64,000 nucleotides of DNA from Lama glama (Eukaryota): NCBI GenBank assembly GCA_028534125.1, contig CM052816.1:5334001-5398000 (forward strand), given 5' to 3'. The translations under genes and the position numbers were made by a program. Each line of letters begins with the position of its first letter. The stretch's first letter is position 1. The notes below the pieces were generated by a model. That model searched no databases, was not told where the DNA came from, and saw only the letters and a list, made by a program, of their open reading frames with translations. Positions 25,776 through 38,934 of this stretch are shown in pieces.

Positions 25776-26021
25776 TTATTTAAAGTTTTTCATTTTTGCA
25801 GTTGATACAAATGGGATAAAAACAGAACCTACTTCATGGGTTGTCGTGAGGATTAAATGAGGTGACATGCGTTCTGTGCCAGGCTCATGGCCGGGCACAG
25901 GGCAAGCATCAGAATGTGGTGGACCATATGCTGGTGCCGCTAAAGGAGGGAAGACCTGCCACCTCTTTGGCACATCACTAATGGAGCCTGGGGGCGGGAA
26001 GCTGGGTGCAACGGGCCCTAC

Positions 26022-26188
26022 CTCGGTCACTGAAGTCGTCGACAAGCACAATCTCGGCGATCAGCTCCGGGGGCGAGCGGTTCAGTACGCTGTGGACGGT
26101 GCGGAGGAGGGAGGACCAGCCCTCATTGTGGAAGGGGATGATGATGCTGGTGTTGGGGAGCGTCTCCAGGTAGCGCTTGCTGTTGCAG
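26022..26188 (-). CDS. GALNT10: GALNT10 coding exon 4 (167 nt), start of the GT-A catalytic domain: (N)[55 protein letters not shown]+G
   Basis: Lies in ORF 25978..26202(-). Acceptor CCCCCTCTAG|C, donor CGAG|GTAGGG. Has the GalNAc-T motif [15 protein letters not shown]......EI.LVDD.S; the [18 protein letters not shown] wording favours GALNT10 over its paralogue GALNTL6. Confidence 0.96.
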
Positions 26189-26394
26189 CTAGAGGGGGAC
26201 ACGGGACGGGGAGAGGACAGGTTCAGCTCTCATCTTGCCAAGAGAACTCAGGCACGTGGTTCAGCTAATGGCCAATCCTACCTCCCCTCCAGTGTTTACG
26301 GGACGAGGGAAAGTCGGGGACACTAGTCACTTCAGAACTTTCTTCTTCTTGGCATCCTGAAATCCTGCCTCCAATCCCTGCACACATAGTGCAC

Positions 26395-26399
<5 letters not shown>

Positions 26400-26424
<25 letters not shown>
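26400..26424. repeat. (CA)n microsatellite about 210 nt into the intron 3 side of exon 4
   Basis: Direct inspection. Confidence 0.9.
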
Positions 26425-26425
<1 letters not shown>

Positions 26426-26789
26426 AGACCCTCCTAGCTTTGTACACAAGCAGTTACAAAACAATGAGCCTCAACAGTGATAGTGCAGCACTGGGGGTTG
26501 GTGCTTTACACGGGCTAACTTGTTTAAGCCTCAAATGTGATAGGAACGTGGTTATCCACCCTCATGATTCCATGTGGAGGGCAGCCCTCCAGTAACACTC
26601 CTGCCTCTCTCCCTACCCCTGGCACATTCCTCTCCATGGAGAAGAACCATATATCCATGAACTTGGAAGATTAAACTGGGTTTCACTGGCTCAGCTCCTC
26701 CTCTGTGCCGCCCTGGACTCTGTGGGCACAGAGCACGTCTTCCTTTGTTCTCCATCAGCCCCGTGGTAAGCCTGGGGTTGGATGGCCCT

Positions 26790-27231
26790 GTTCCTGTGGG
26801 CCTTTAACCATAACACCCAAAAGAATTAATGTAGTTCCTTAATATCATCAAATATCTAGTTGGTGTTCAAACTCTCCCGATGTTCTTGTGTCTTTTTGCA
26901 GCTGGTTTATTTAAATCAGGATCAAGACACACTGCTTTGAGTGGATGTGTCTCCTAGATCTCCTTCCCCCCTTACAATGTATTTGTTTAAGAAACTGGGT
27001 CATTTGTCCCAGTTTTCCCCTCAGTCTGCATTTTGCTTCTGGCATTGCTGTAGTGTCTCTGAACATATTCCTCTGTCTGCCCCACGTTGGCTCTGGTAAA
27101 CTGGAGGTTAGATCTAGAGGCTTGATCTAATTCCGTGAGATATTCTGGCAGCCTCTTCTTGAGTGCTGGTGTGAGGTTTCCTTGGGAAACACATAATGTC
27201 CAGTTGTCTTTCCTTCTATGATATTGGCGGC
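26790..27231 (-). mobile_element. Old L1 (L1MC/ME-like) 3' region
   Basis: GTTCCTTAATATCATCAAATATCTAG...AAATCAGGATC...GTTAGATCTAGAGGCTTGATC resemble L1MC4/5 3' ends. Confidence 0.55.
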
Positions 27232-27731
27232 NNNNNNNNNNNNNNNNNNNNNNNNNNNNNNNNNNNNNNNNNNNNNNNNNNNNNNNNNNNNNNNNNNNNN
27301 NNNNNNNNNNNNNNNNNNNNNNNNNNNNNNNNNNNNNNNNNNNNNNNNNNNNNNNNNNNNNNNNNNNNNNNNNNNNNNNNNNNNNNNNNNNNNNNNNNNN
27401 NNNNNNNNNNNNNNNNNNNNNNNNNNNNNNNNNNNNNNNNNNNNNNNNNNNNNNNNNNNNNNNNNNNNNNNNNNNNNNNNNNNNNNNNNNNNNNNNNNNN
27501 NNNNNNNNNNNNNNNNNNNNNNNNNNNNNNNNNNNNNNNNNNNNNNNNNNNNNNNNNNNNNNNNNNNNNNNNNNNNNNNNNNNNNNNNNNNNNNNNNNNN
27601 NNNNNNNNNNNNNNNNNNNNNNNNNNNNNNNNNNNNNNNNNNNNNNNNNNNNNNNNNNNNNNNNNNNNNNNNNNNNNNNNNNNNNNNNNNNNNNNNNNNN
27701 NNNNNNNNNNNNNNNNNNNNNNNNNNNNNNN
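27232..27731. other. Assembly gap (500 N placeholder)
   Basis: Exactly 500 N, the same length as the second gap. Confidence 0.99.
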
Positions 27732-29764
27732 ACCCCTTCCCCCACCTCTCTAGCCCCTTTGATCATTTCAGCCAGCCTTCTAGGGGAGCCTTCTCCAACT
27801 TCATTATGTTGGGCCTTCACAAATAAACTAATGCACCTCTTCTTAAAAATCCCTTTCCCTTAATTTGGCTGAGTCCTCTGTGGCCAAGAAAGACAGGCGT
27901 TATCTAGTTGTCTACAAAAGTTCCTGCCTTCTCTCCAATTTCACAGGAGGCTCACTTGATTGAAGCAGGGTTTGGGGGGAGCGGTTAGCTGTAATAAATT
28001 GCCTGGAGTCCACGGGGTGAAATACAATAGAGCTATTACTCAGCAGAGGGTCCTGGCTCTCCTGAATCCCAGGGCTGGGCCCCATAGCCTGCCGGCAGAT
28101 ACGTAAACAGCATCACATTCCAAGGCAAGTAGACAATGCCACAGTAGACTAAATTCATTTCTAATTTAATCCAATTGTGGAATTAAAGATTATTCAGAAC
28201 TCAGATAAAAGCTCAGCTTGGATCACAGCCTTGAACATGTGCTTTTGCGGGGAAGGGTCTACTCTTTTTCTTCCTCCTATTCATCCACTCATTTATTTAC
28301 TAAATAAACACAAAACAGGCACTTCGACTTTTGCCACGGGCACTAGTTATTAGTTTGGTTCCAGCTTAGTATTCTCTTTGTTTAAGTAAAAAAATTGTCT
28401 GACATGCTGAAGTGAATCTCTCCAGAATCCAGCAGGGAACTTGGTTGCACAGACTCGCCCATAGGCCACCTTCCTGTTGGAAGCTCATGTGAAAAGCCCC
28501 GTTTCTCCTCCTCATATTAGGCCTCAGGTCGCAGCAGACAGAGGGGGCCTGGGGATGGCAGGGAGGAAGAGAGAAGGCCACCCCACCCCTAGTGATGCCC
28601 CTATCTTAGCTGTCCCCTTTAGGACCTGTCTGCGTGTTGTGTCTTAAGATCGCAACACTGGACGGCAGAGTACGCCCAGTCCTTTTGTGTGGGATAAACA
28701 TGAAGCACCCCTTTGCCAGATGCCTTCAGAAAGGAGGCACAGAGAACGCTGTCTCCAGGAAGGGGAAACTAGGACACTGTTCCCAATGCAAAGAGGCTGG
28801 TTTTGGCTATGGCCAGACAGGAACAGCCTCCGCCTTCTCCCAGTTCCTCGTGCCTGATGGCTTATAGAGCACGCTCTCCTGTCTCTTCTCGAAGCTGGAC
28901 CAACCCCTGTGCAAGAGACGAACCAGGGAGTGCTAGCCCCATTTTCCACATGTGAAAAATGGTGCCCAGAGAGGAAAGAGACTTGGGTCCAAGACTCCAA
29001 TCTAGATGGTATTTACTTAAAATAGCAGCATAATTTTTTTGATGATAAAGTGATCATTGCTCACTTTGAAACACTATGAAAGTCTGGAAAACTCAGAAAG
29101 GTTAAAAGACAATTGATAATGACAGCAACATCCTAACCCCGGGGGGATGACCTCAGTTAAACATTTAGCATATGTCTTCCTCTGTGCTCCCCTCTGAACA
29201 TATATTTGTTTCTACAGCATGGCACCCAGCACATGGATGTGGTGGCCCCCAAGCTCTGTGGGATCCCAGATATAGCATGGCTTCCTCAGATGCTGGAAGA
29301 GCCCCTCTGGGGACAGGAGGGGGCAGAGCGATGCCTTCATAGGGTCAGAGCAGTGATACCATGATGCTTTGAGCACACAACATCAATCGTGGTGCCCTCA
29401 TGGCTCAGTATTTCTGGCCCCAGAAGACAACATAAAGGAAGAGGCACCTGCAGGATTTCAAACCTTACGACTAAGACCTGAGTGAGAAACACCCCATCCC
29501 TCGCAGGAGCACTTCCCTTGTCATCTGGTTCAGTATGACGAGGCCCAACCCATACAGGGCAACATTTAGTTAGACATGCACAGCGTGAGGACAAAGACCG
29601 GTCAGAGGTGTTCCTTGACACTCTTTGAAATGGTGAAAAGGGCAGAAACAAAGTGAATGCCCATTAACGGGGAAAGATTAAATAAATGATGAGAACTTCA
29701 AACTATATGATACTGATAAGCAGTTCAAAAATGAGGAGGAAGATGACAATGATGATAACAGAAT

Positions 29765-29970
29765 ACATCTGTTGAGGATTTCCATTATGTCAGGCCATGT
29801 TGTCAGCACTTTATATGCATTAAGCCATTTAATTGTCACAATGCTCTTAGGAGGTCAGAACTATCATTACTCCCATGACAACGGGGAGGAAACAAGGCAG
29901 AGAAGTCAAGTAACTTGCCTAAGGTTCAATAGCTGGTAAGGGCTGGAGCCTGGATTTAAACCCATCTGCA
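29765..29970 (-). mobile_element. MIR SINE
   Basis: ATGTCAGGCCATG...GAGGAAACAAGGCAGAGAAGTCAAGTAACTTGCCTAAGG...GGATTTAAACCC. Confidence 0.75.
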
Positions 29971-30189
29971 CTGTATACACAAATATTTTTATAGGATAAT
30001 GTACCAATGCTATTAAATGTACAAATAAAGAATGAATAGATAAAAAAGAAAAACTGAGGGAAGTAAGTAGAAGTTTGAAGTCCTGGCTTCTAGTTTCTGC
30101 TCTGACATGCAACATTCCAACCCCACCTTCTCAATGGACCCCTAGTTCCCCTTATGTCACTAAGGGAGCTGGACAATGGGCAAGTCTTG

Positions 30190-30698
30190 TGTGCTTGCTC
30201 TGTATTCTTCCTCCTTCCTTGGTTACAGCATCCTGATTTTCCTTGGGGAATCTCCCACCCTTCAATTACACAGGGTTTGGGGGAGGGCCTTGCCTTGCCT
30301 TAAAGGTGGGCAAGAGAGCCTGGTTCAGCCAATCAGAGCATCGCAGCTCCCCCACCACAGTGGTTGGTTCAGGGGTGGGTACTTGGAAATCAAGAGTAAA
30401 TCTCTGCTGAGACAACTGGGAGAGAGGACAGCTATTTCCTGCTGAAACTGAACAGGGGTGGATAGAAGACTGGTCGGGCCCCCGTACAGACTGTTCCCTA
30501 TCTTAAAACGAAGTGAGCATAGAAACCAACCAGCAGAGAGGTTCCTGCTGGCAACATTTAGGGATGTGGATGCAGCTATGGCTGGAATCAAGCCCTACCC
30601 CTGGTCTTTTCAGTGACATGAGCCAATACGTTGTCTTTTCTTTAATCAGTTTGAGTTAGGTTTCTGACACTCGTAACTGTAAGAATCCTTGCCGATAC
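30190..30698 (+). mobile_element. MaLR (MLT1-like) LTR
   Basis: 3' end TCAGTTTGAGTTAGGTTTCTGACACTCGTAACTGTAAGAATCCTTGCCGATACA is typical of MLT1. Confidence 0.7.
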
Positions 30699-31564
30699 AA
30701 CTGCTTATAAATCTCTAAGCCCTTTCAGTCACATGAATCTGTTTTGGTCCTAAGGATGGCTTTTGAAGGACAGAGGCAGAAACTGTTCCCCAGGAGTCCC
30801 CCCCTGGCCTGAAGAGGGCAGCCTCTCTCTTGCCGCAGGAAGAGAACTTGGCTCATTCACTGACCAGGAGAAAGGGCCTGGGCTGAGGGCTGCGGTGGGG
30901 CTGGGAGGCAGCGGGAGCTCTCATCTATGACTGAGCAGCCCCCAATTTAACATACCTTAAGGGTTCTGGCTCTTGGGCACAAAGGCAAGTCTAATATACC
31001 AGCCCTGAAGCTGTACCCTCAGGGCTTAAAGCTCGAGCACTAGAATTAAAAAGCAAAGAAGTCAAAATCAAAGGCAAGCATTTCAAAAAATCTTCTCTGA
31101 GTCAACTTTGAAATAGAACAACCCAATCATTTTGAAGGGAACTATAAAAAAAACATTTAATTCTCTCACCTGGGACAGTATCCACAGACCAAATTGAAAT
31201 GCAAGTCAACTGAACAAACCCCATATTTTATGTGCCTAAGGGAGCAAGAGTGCTCTGAACCTGGGTTCAGATCCTGACTCTGCCACTCTGCAGCTGTGAG
31301 ACCCGGAGTAGGTTTCCATCCCTTGTGGAGCCTTGGTTTCCTCATCTGTAAGTGGGGGTGGTAACACCATGAGAATGACAGGATAACTAGGTGAGACTGT
31401 ACACTTGAAACAGCCACGAGGAGGGAGGAGGAGCTAGCTCTGGCCTTGGAGATGGGTAAACGTGGAGGAGAACTCACAGCAAAGAGAATGCTCCTGTTTC
31501 AATTCCCTCGGAATCAGGGATGGCCACCCCATGAAAGGTCATGGGAATTCAATAAGGCTTAAAA

Positions 31565-31740
31565 AAAACATAAACAAGGTCCTACTGTACATCACAGGGA
31601 ACTATACTCAATACCTTGTAATGGCCTGTAATGAAAAAGAATATATATATGTATAACTGAATCACTGTGCTGTACACCAGAAATTAACACAACATTGTAA
31701 ATTGACTATACTTCAATAAAAATAAAAATAAAATAAATGC
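31565..31740 (+). mobile_element. L1 3'-end fragment
   Basis: AACAAGGTCCTACTGTACATCACAGGGAACTATACTCAATA...CTATACTTCAATAAAA; same family as 19930-20090. Confidence 0.85.
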
Positions 31741-34700
31741 AAAACTTGAAAAAAAAAGTTTTCTCTTGGAGGCATGAATCTCACTTTCAGTACCCGAGGC
31801 TTCAGTCAGCTCATGGGTCAAGAATTCTCATTTGCTCACTCCCTCAATTATTCATGGAGTCAAGAAATGTTTACTGAGCACCTACGATGTGACAGACACT
31901 ATGCTAAGCACTGGGATTACAAGGGTGGGGAACAAGTCGTTGTCCCTTTCCCACAGGATACAGAGTCTACTGGGAGGCAGATAAATAATAGAAGCAGTAA
32001 TCAATGGTGATATTTTTTTCCTCCCTCACTGTGGATGGCTGTGACGTGAGAACAGAATGAAAACGGCCAAGAAAGACAGAGAGAAGGCATCCTACGTGGT
32101 GCCTCCTCATGCCCAGCCCTGTGCTCTGCCAACAGTGAGCAGCCAGTGGGTGGTTGCTGGGGTGAACTGCAGCTGGAAGGGCCCAGTCCAACTCTTTTGC
32201 TTTCCAAGTAAGGGAGTGAGGCTTAGAGAGCTTAAGGGGAGACCCCAGACCACATGGCCAGCTAGTATTGAACTGGGACGTGGAGCTGGGTCTTCGCTTC
32301 AGTCACAATACAAAGAGAGAATCCTCTGGAGATGCTGGATGTGAATAAAAGATCTAAGCCTTCCAAATAGTTTCCAGGAGCTGGCATTGGCATCTGCCAT
32401 CATGTTCCACATGGTATCTGCTGGCTTGGCAGGCCCACAGGGGGCTGGACCACTCAGCCTGGAGAAATGAAACCTTTGGGGGCTTCAGTGAACCTCAGCA
32501 TAAAACTCCTACCAGTACGAATGTGGACACTTTGTTCTTATTTATCAGAAGTAGTTTGGCATTTTAGCACCTTCTCATGGAACCAAACCCAACATGCGCT
32601 CCTCCATCAAACAGATGACAATTTTGGATTTCCACTGGCCAGATGGGGTTTGCTGGGAGCTGCTTTGTGTGTCTCAGGGATGGCAGAAGTTAGGATCTTT
32701 TGGGGTCGAGGAACAAGGAGGAAGGCCAACTGCTGCTCCAAGGTTGTATGCACAACTTCAATATGAAAAGCCAGTAAGAACCACTAAACATGAAGGTTAA
32801 AAGGGCCTGAATCTCACCTTGTTTGTGATCCGTGTTTTACAGATGAGGAAACTGAGGCCCATAATGGGGAGCGATCTTCCTGGGGTCACAAACTGAGATA
32901 GTATACCCTATACAGCATGATACATTCAAATAGCAGGTACCTTCCAAGATGGGAACTGCAGGTGTGGTAAGGGAGGGGGGCAAGGGTTGAAGAGACCTTC
33001 AGATCTGGGTTCAAATCTCACCTTTGTCACTTAGCAGTGAGTCACTCTGGGAGGGTCACAGCCTCCCTAAGCCTCAGCTTGTACTTGGGTAAAATGGGGA
33101 CATAACTCTTTCCTAGTAAGGCTGTCACACTGAATAAAAGCGAGACCATCTGGGAATGCATCTGGTACAGCATCTGGCTCAGAAATGTGAGTTTCCACCT
33201 CTCCAGGCCATAGGGTAGGTCATGCTCCAGCAAATGGTTGAAGTTCAAAATTTTGAAATTCTCCCCTCTCTATTTTCTATCAAGGACAAGCCCTTATAAT
33301 ACAACATTCTCAGAAAGACTTTGTCTTATGGGCTCTGGAGCCACCAAGAAGCTAAGTGGAAGTTATAAATAGCTCCAGGCTCTGGAACAAAAGGAAGAAA
33401 CTGGGTCTTAGTGGGGAGAGTGTGAAAAGCTCCTGCCCCTCCCATCCCCATCAGCCCTCCAGATGCAGATCTGGGGGCCTCTCCTCACACATCTGAAGGC
33501 AAGACTTCCCTCCACAGCTGGGGCTCTGCTGCCCAGCCCTTCTCTACCACTCTGCCCTTCTTTACCGCTCTGTGGGGGATGAGGCAGGCAGGGTTTCCCT
33601 TTAATGCAGTCTGGCTGGAATCAGAGGAGCCGGAAGATTAGTGTGACAACATGCGCCAAGGCTGACATCTTTATGAAGGTCCTTTTCCATTCAGGGGAGG
33701 CTGTGCTGAGAGCCAGCTGCGCCCACATACTCCTCCCTCCTCTCAAGAGACAGCTAAGAGAATCACAAAAGTTATTAGTATTAACTAATGCAGTACCTCC
33801 CTGCACCGCAAGGTCACAAGGTCACCACTAGTTTTGTGCCCCCTAACCTGCACTTGGAGACTTCGGATACAAGCAATATTGAAAGGATCTTGGTTCGTGC
33901 TGTCTTTGCCTCCCACTTTGAACTCACATTTTGGAAAGCCCTTTGTACAGATCGGATCTAATTTTAAGGCAGGTGTAAAAAGAACAACAATAAAAAATAG
34001 TTTAAAGCACACAGCAAAATCCAAGTTTCTTCACACAGCTGTCCCACGTAATGAAACTGGCCCTCCTGCAGATGTAACATGCAATGTATTCCATGTGCTG
34101 AAACTTTAAACACAAGCTGACAGCAGGAAGGAGCGACTCTAGTTAATCAATACAGTTACATAAGGTCAAATGACCGGAATTATCAGCAGGAAATAACAAC
34201 CATAAGGACCACACCTCCTATCCCAATTGGATGCCAGTTGCCAGGCCAACATCATAAGGAGGAAATGGGCTTTAATATCAAGATTCTTCATGATTCATGA
34301 GGGAGGAGAAAAGAAGAAACCAAAATGTAAAGAAACATGTTCACGGATGTCTTTGCCTCTGTTTCCAAAATGGAAAACAACCTGTATGCTCGTCAACAGA
34401 GAAATGGTTGAATTGATCAGATTCTGTTGTAATGTTACAGAGCTATTAGAAATATCTTGGAAACATGACCAGAGTATAAGTGAAAAAAGGTACTTGTGGA
34501 ATAAAATACATGTAGTACAACCACATTTTTGTGGGGAAAAAAGCCCCCAAACCAAACACCCCAGGCCCCTTGCTATGTCTATATATGATGCACAAACAAA
34601 GGGAAAATCTACAGAACGCTAAGCTGCTCCCATTCATCACCTGGGCAGACTTAGGGCTGGAGGTGGGTGGGTGGAGGGTACTACTGATTTCATCCCCCCA

Positions 34701-36499
34701 AAAAGGTTGGAGGCGGCTTACAATCAGGGGGAGGTATGTTCTCTTTCATGTAACAGTGCTCCTAAACTGAGCAGCTTTGCTGGTTTTATCATGCTGCCCT
34801 TGATACCATCTTAATGAAGGGAGAGAACTGATAATTGCCTTTATCTTCCAGTCATTATCCTCTTTTCCCTAAAACCCTTTCAAGGCCAACACCACTTAAA
34901 ATCAAACTCATCTCTGTAACCAAGTTTATCTAATGCAATTTATCTGCTCCTAGATAAGCACATGTTATTACCTCCAGCAGGGTGAGTGAGAGGCAACTTG
35001 TGTAGTCTCCGGGCTGCGACCATTTATCCAGCCAACCCTGCTTCACTGTGCCTGGTCCAAGAACCTTCATGCACAAAGGCTTCGAGTTTAAGAACCTCTC
35101 CTTCCTTCCTGTGAGGAACTCTGTCTATGTGTGATGCAGCAGAAGGGGCCCAGGGCTGGGATCCAGGTTTGAGTCTTCTTTGCCTTCCAGGGGCTGTGGG
35201 AACTGGAGCAAAGAACTCGGCTTCCCTGAGGTTCCATGTGTGCTTCTAGAAAATGGAGCTGGTAATCCCCACAGATACCAACGATTTGTGGACTCGTGAA
35301 AGAGTCATGATAGTGTTTTTGTAAATGAGAAGATGATGTTGAAACATATAAAGGAAAAAAAAATATCACACGAAACCTCAAAATGGAATGATGAGTGGAG
35401 GCTGGTGGAGCGACGCCTGGCATACCTGCACTGGATAAACGGCAGGTGTAGCCACTGTTCATGGAGAACAGCATCCATTTTGAGAAGACTTAGAAAATGC
35501 ACCTGTTCACAGAAATGATAAAAGAACACACACCACACAGAGCTCATGTGGATGTTGAGTGGTTTTCCCCCAGCATAAGTTGGATGGGATATATGTCTAT
35601 CTGATTTTTAGTTGACAGGCAGCCATTTCTGCTTATAAGCCATTTATCTCTGTAATTTCAACCCAAAGGCTTAAACTCACTGAAATCTGTTCTTAAAATT
35701 ACAGAAAAGAGGTCAATTTGAGAAATTATATTGGCTGCCATTACATTTAAAGGCTTATGAGCACCTTTAAATCCCAATATTAGGTCTGATGGATCAATAA
35801 CTGTTGTCGTGGAAGAAACACTATTGTTCAGAAAAAAGAAATTCAATTTTAGAGGCGAGCTGACTGAAGTTTCCTGAAGAAGCAGTGATGCGCCAAAGAA
35901 ACCTGGACCTTTTCCTTTCCCAGCTCACAAATTGTTCAGGCTACAGTCCCTTTCCCGCCCTCCACCCCCACCCCGACCCCTCCCTACACAGCTGCCTTGC
36001 TAACAACCTGCCAAACTGGAGAGTTTACATCCTTCACATCCTGAGCATCTCTGGGGCGCTAATCTTACACTCGAGCACTCCATTACAAAAGTGTCAAGTG
36101 AGCTTATTCCACCACACAAATCATGATAAAAAGGGTAAAAACTGCTAATATGTACTAAATATGTCTTCCAAGCCTGTCACTGTGGTACAGAGGGTCTGAC
36201 ACACCTCCCAGCACTGTGAGGGGCAGGGGAGGGGCGGGCCCAGATTCCAGCCACTCACTCCCATTGCAGGTGGCAGGAGGCGCGTGCTGCCCCATCTTGA
36301 CCTGGACGTGGCACGCAAACTGTCATCCTGCACACCACACCACAGACCACAGACGAGCTTTGGTCATTTTTAGATTTACTATCTGCTATGCCTCAGGCGT
36401 TTCTTGCTATTCAAGGAAAGCGAGTTAATTAAAACCAAAATATAAAAACACAGCAACTCAGAAAAGAACCCCATCACCATTTCCAAATTTTTGTAACAT

Positions 36500-37415
36500 A
36501 AATGGCATCATTTATTCAACTTCCAACTTGATATCGTCATTTGGATGTTTTAAGAACATCTTAACCTTGACTGAAATACAAGTCGCATTTTCCCCTAAGC
36601 CCACTCTTCCCAAAGTCTTTGTTTCTGCAAATGGCAGCTCCATCTCCCTAGCTGCCCTGGCCAAAAAACTTGGTGTTATCCTTGACTCGTCTTTTTCTCA
36701 CATCCATACTGTCTGTAAGTAAATTCTGTTGTCTCCATCTTCAAATCATACCTAGAATGTGGTCACTGCTACTCCCACTGTGGTCTGAGTCACTGTCACT
36801 GTATTATACCCCTAACTAGTCTCTACCCTTGGCTGCCTACAGTCTCCTCTTAACATAGCAACCAAAGAGAGCCTTTGCAAATGAAAATCAGATCATGCTG
36901 TCCTCTGCTCAAACCCTCTGAGGCTTTCCATCTTACTCACTTTGGTAAAAGCAAAAGCCCCACAGTGACCCTGACACCTCTCCAGCCTTGTTTCTCATCC
37001 CTCTCCTTCTGACTCACCAAGTACCACAGCCAAGCATGATGGTCTAAGAGCCTTTGTACCTGTTTCCTCTGCCTGCAGGAGTCTTTCCCTAGTTAACTGC
37101 CCTGCTAGGCCCCACACTTCTACATTTCTCTGTTCATATGTCATTTTATCAGCAAGATCTTCCCTGACCATTGAAATAAATACATCTCCTTCCCATCACT
37201 TTCTCTACCTCTGACTCTGCTTTTCCCCCAACATCACCCGAAAATTAACATGCTCATTTGTTTGTTTATGACCTCCCATGCCCAGTAGAATGTAAGCTCC
37301 AAGAAGAAGGAAATTCTGCCTATCTTGTTTACCGCTGTTTCCTCAGGGACTGGGCTACACAGTAAGCATGTATGGTAGTCACGCAATAGATATTTGCTTA
37401 ACTAATGAATGAATG
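36500..37415 (+). mobile_element. L2 LINE 3' portion
   Basis: AATGGCAGCTCCATC...ATCAGATCATGC...TAGAATGTAAGCTCC...CAATAGATATTTGCTTAACTAATGAATGAATGA. Confidence 0.85.
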
Positions 37416-38039
37416 ACTTGCAAACAGTTTCAAGTGACAGGCTTGCAATCTCTTCAAGGCGGGGACTGACACTTGATCATTTTAGTATAAATGAGTAGGG
37501 GCAGGCTGCATTTTAGGTGAGCTACAGATTGGGGAATGGAATGAGAAAGGAGCCCTGAACACACACACAGTTGCCTTAGATTAAATCCCTGATTTAATTA
37601 GCTCTGGATACATCCATGAGGTGTCCATGCAGCAGGAGCCCAAGAACGCAGGCAGTGGCACTGCCAACAGCTTCCCCTGGTCCCCAGGGTCCCATGAATA
37701 CACAACTGTTGATGCTGTCTGGCAGGAAAGCTCAGTTCTTTCACATTCCTAGCTCACACTTACATCATCATTCCAGAAGATTCCCCTGCTGTCTCTGCGA
37801 ATATTTATAAACACCAGGCTTTCCTGATTCTCAAGCCTACAGCATCACCAAGGCCATGTTATCATGGGAGGAAAGTGGTGGTCCCTGAATAGGACCTCAG
37901 CTGCTAGCTCTCCTGGGTCCAGGGAGCCATTTCCCCTCAGTGCTTTCCCTACTCTGACTCTCCACCCTTTATCCCGATGTTTTAGATAATGCAATGATTG
38001 CCAAATATGGTAACAAATCCATTTCCAACTGGATCCTAT

Positions 38040-38775
38040 TATACCTAATAGTTTTTTGATGAGGTCTTTAGGGTTTTCTATACATAAAAATCATGTCATA
38101 TGCATATAGGGACAGTTTTACTTCCTCCTTTCCATTTGGATGTTTTTCATTTCTTTTCTTGCCTAACTGCTCTGTCTAGGACTTCCAATACTACGTTGAA
38201 TAAGAGTGGCGAGAGGGGGCATCCTTGTCTTGTTCCTGATTTTAGAGAGGTAGCTTTTAATTTTTCATTATTATGGTATTCTGCATTTGTCATTTATGCC
38301 TTATTATTTTGCGGTATGGCCCTTCTATACCCACTTTATTGGGTTTTTATCACAAATAGGTCTTGGATCTTGTCAAGCGTTTTTTCTGCATCTATTGAGA
38401 TGACCATATGGTTTTTATCCTTCATTTTGTTAGTGCGGCGTATCACACTGATTGATTTGTGGGTGGTGAACCGCCCCTGCATCCCTGGAGTAAATCCCAT
38501 TTGATCATGGTGTACGATCCTTTTGATGTACTGTTGAATTGGCTTTACTATGTTGAGGATTTTTGCATCTATGATCATCAGAGATACTGGTCTGTAATCT
38601 TCTTTTTTTTTTCGTGTTGTCTTTTGTCTGGTTTTAGTATCAGGATGATGTTTGCCTCATAAAATGAGTGAGGAAGTGTTCAGTTCTCTATAATTCTTTG
38701 GAATAGTTTGAGAAAGGTAAGTATTAAATTTTCTTTGTGTGTTTGGTAGAATTCACCTGGGAAGTCATCTGGTCT
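38040..38775 (-). mobile_element. L1 ORF2 reverse-transcriptase fragment
   Basis: ORF 38336..38578(-) ([48 protein letters not shown]) is the L1 RT region. Confidence 0.92.
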
Positions 38776-38934
38776 AACTGGACTCTTCACAACTCTGCCC
38801 AGGACATATCTGTGTGACTTTGGCCATAGGTCACTTTTTACCCTTTGATGATTCTATTTTGCTTATCTGAAAAAAAAAACTGAAAGATGATGATGATGAA
38901 ATAATAGCCTGTCCAACCTGTTCATAGGTTGTAA

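Noticed and set aside
25978..26021. Read-through of the exon 4 frame ([18 protein letters not shown])
   Set aside because: It follows a good GTAGGG donor at the conserved junction, so it is intronic.
1..26021. GALNT10 exon 5 (EHLKKPLEDY...)
   Set aside because: I did not find it; intron 4 apparently extends beyond the start of the window.
25867..26268. 133-aa plus-strand ORF overlapping exon 4
   Set aside because: Antisense shadow of a GC3-rich exon extended into a MIR; no independent coding evidence.
26987..27826. Long ORFs of 185-277 aa
   Set aside because: Artefacts of translating through the N gap; the same applies at 62384-62998.
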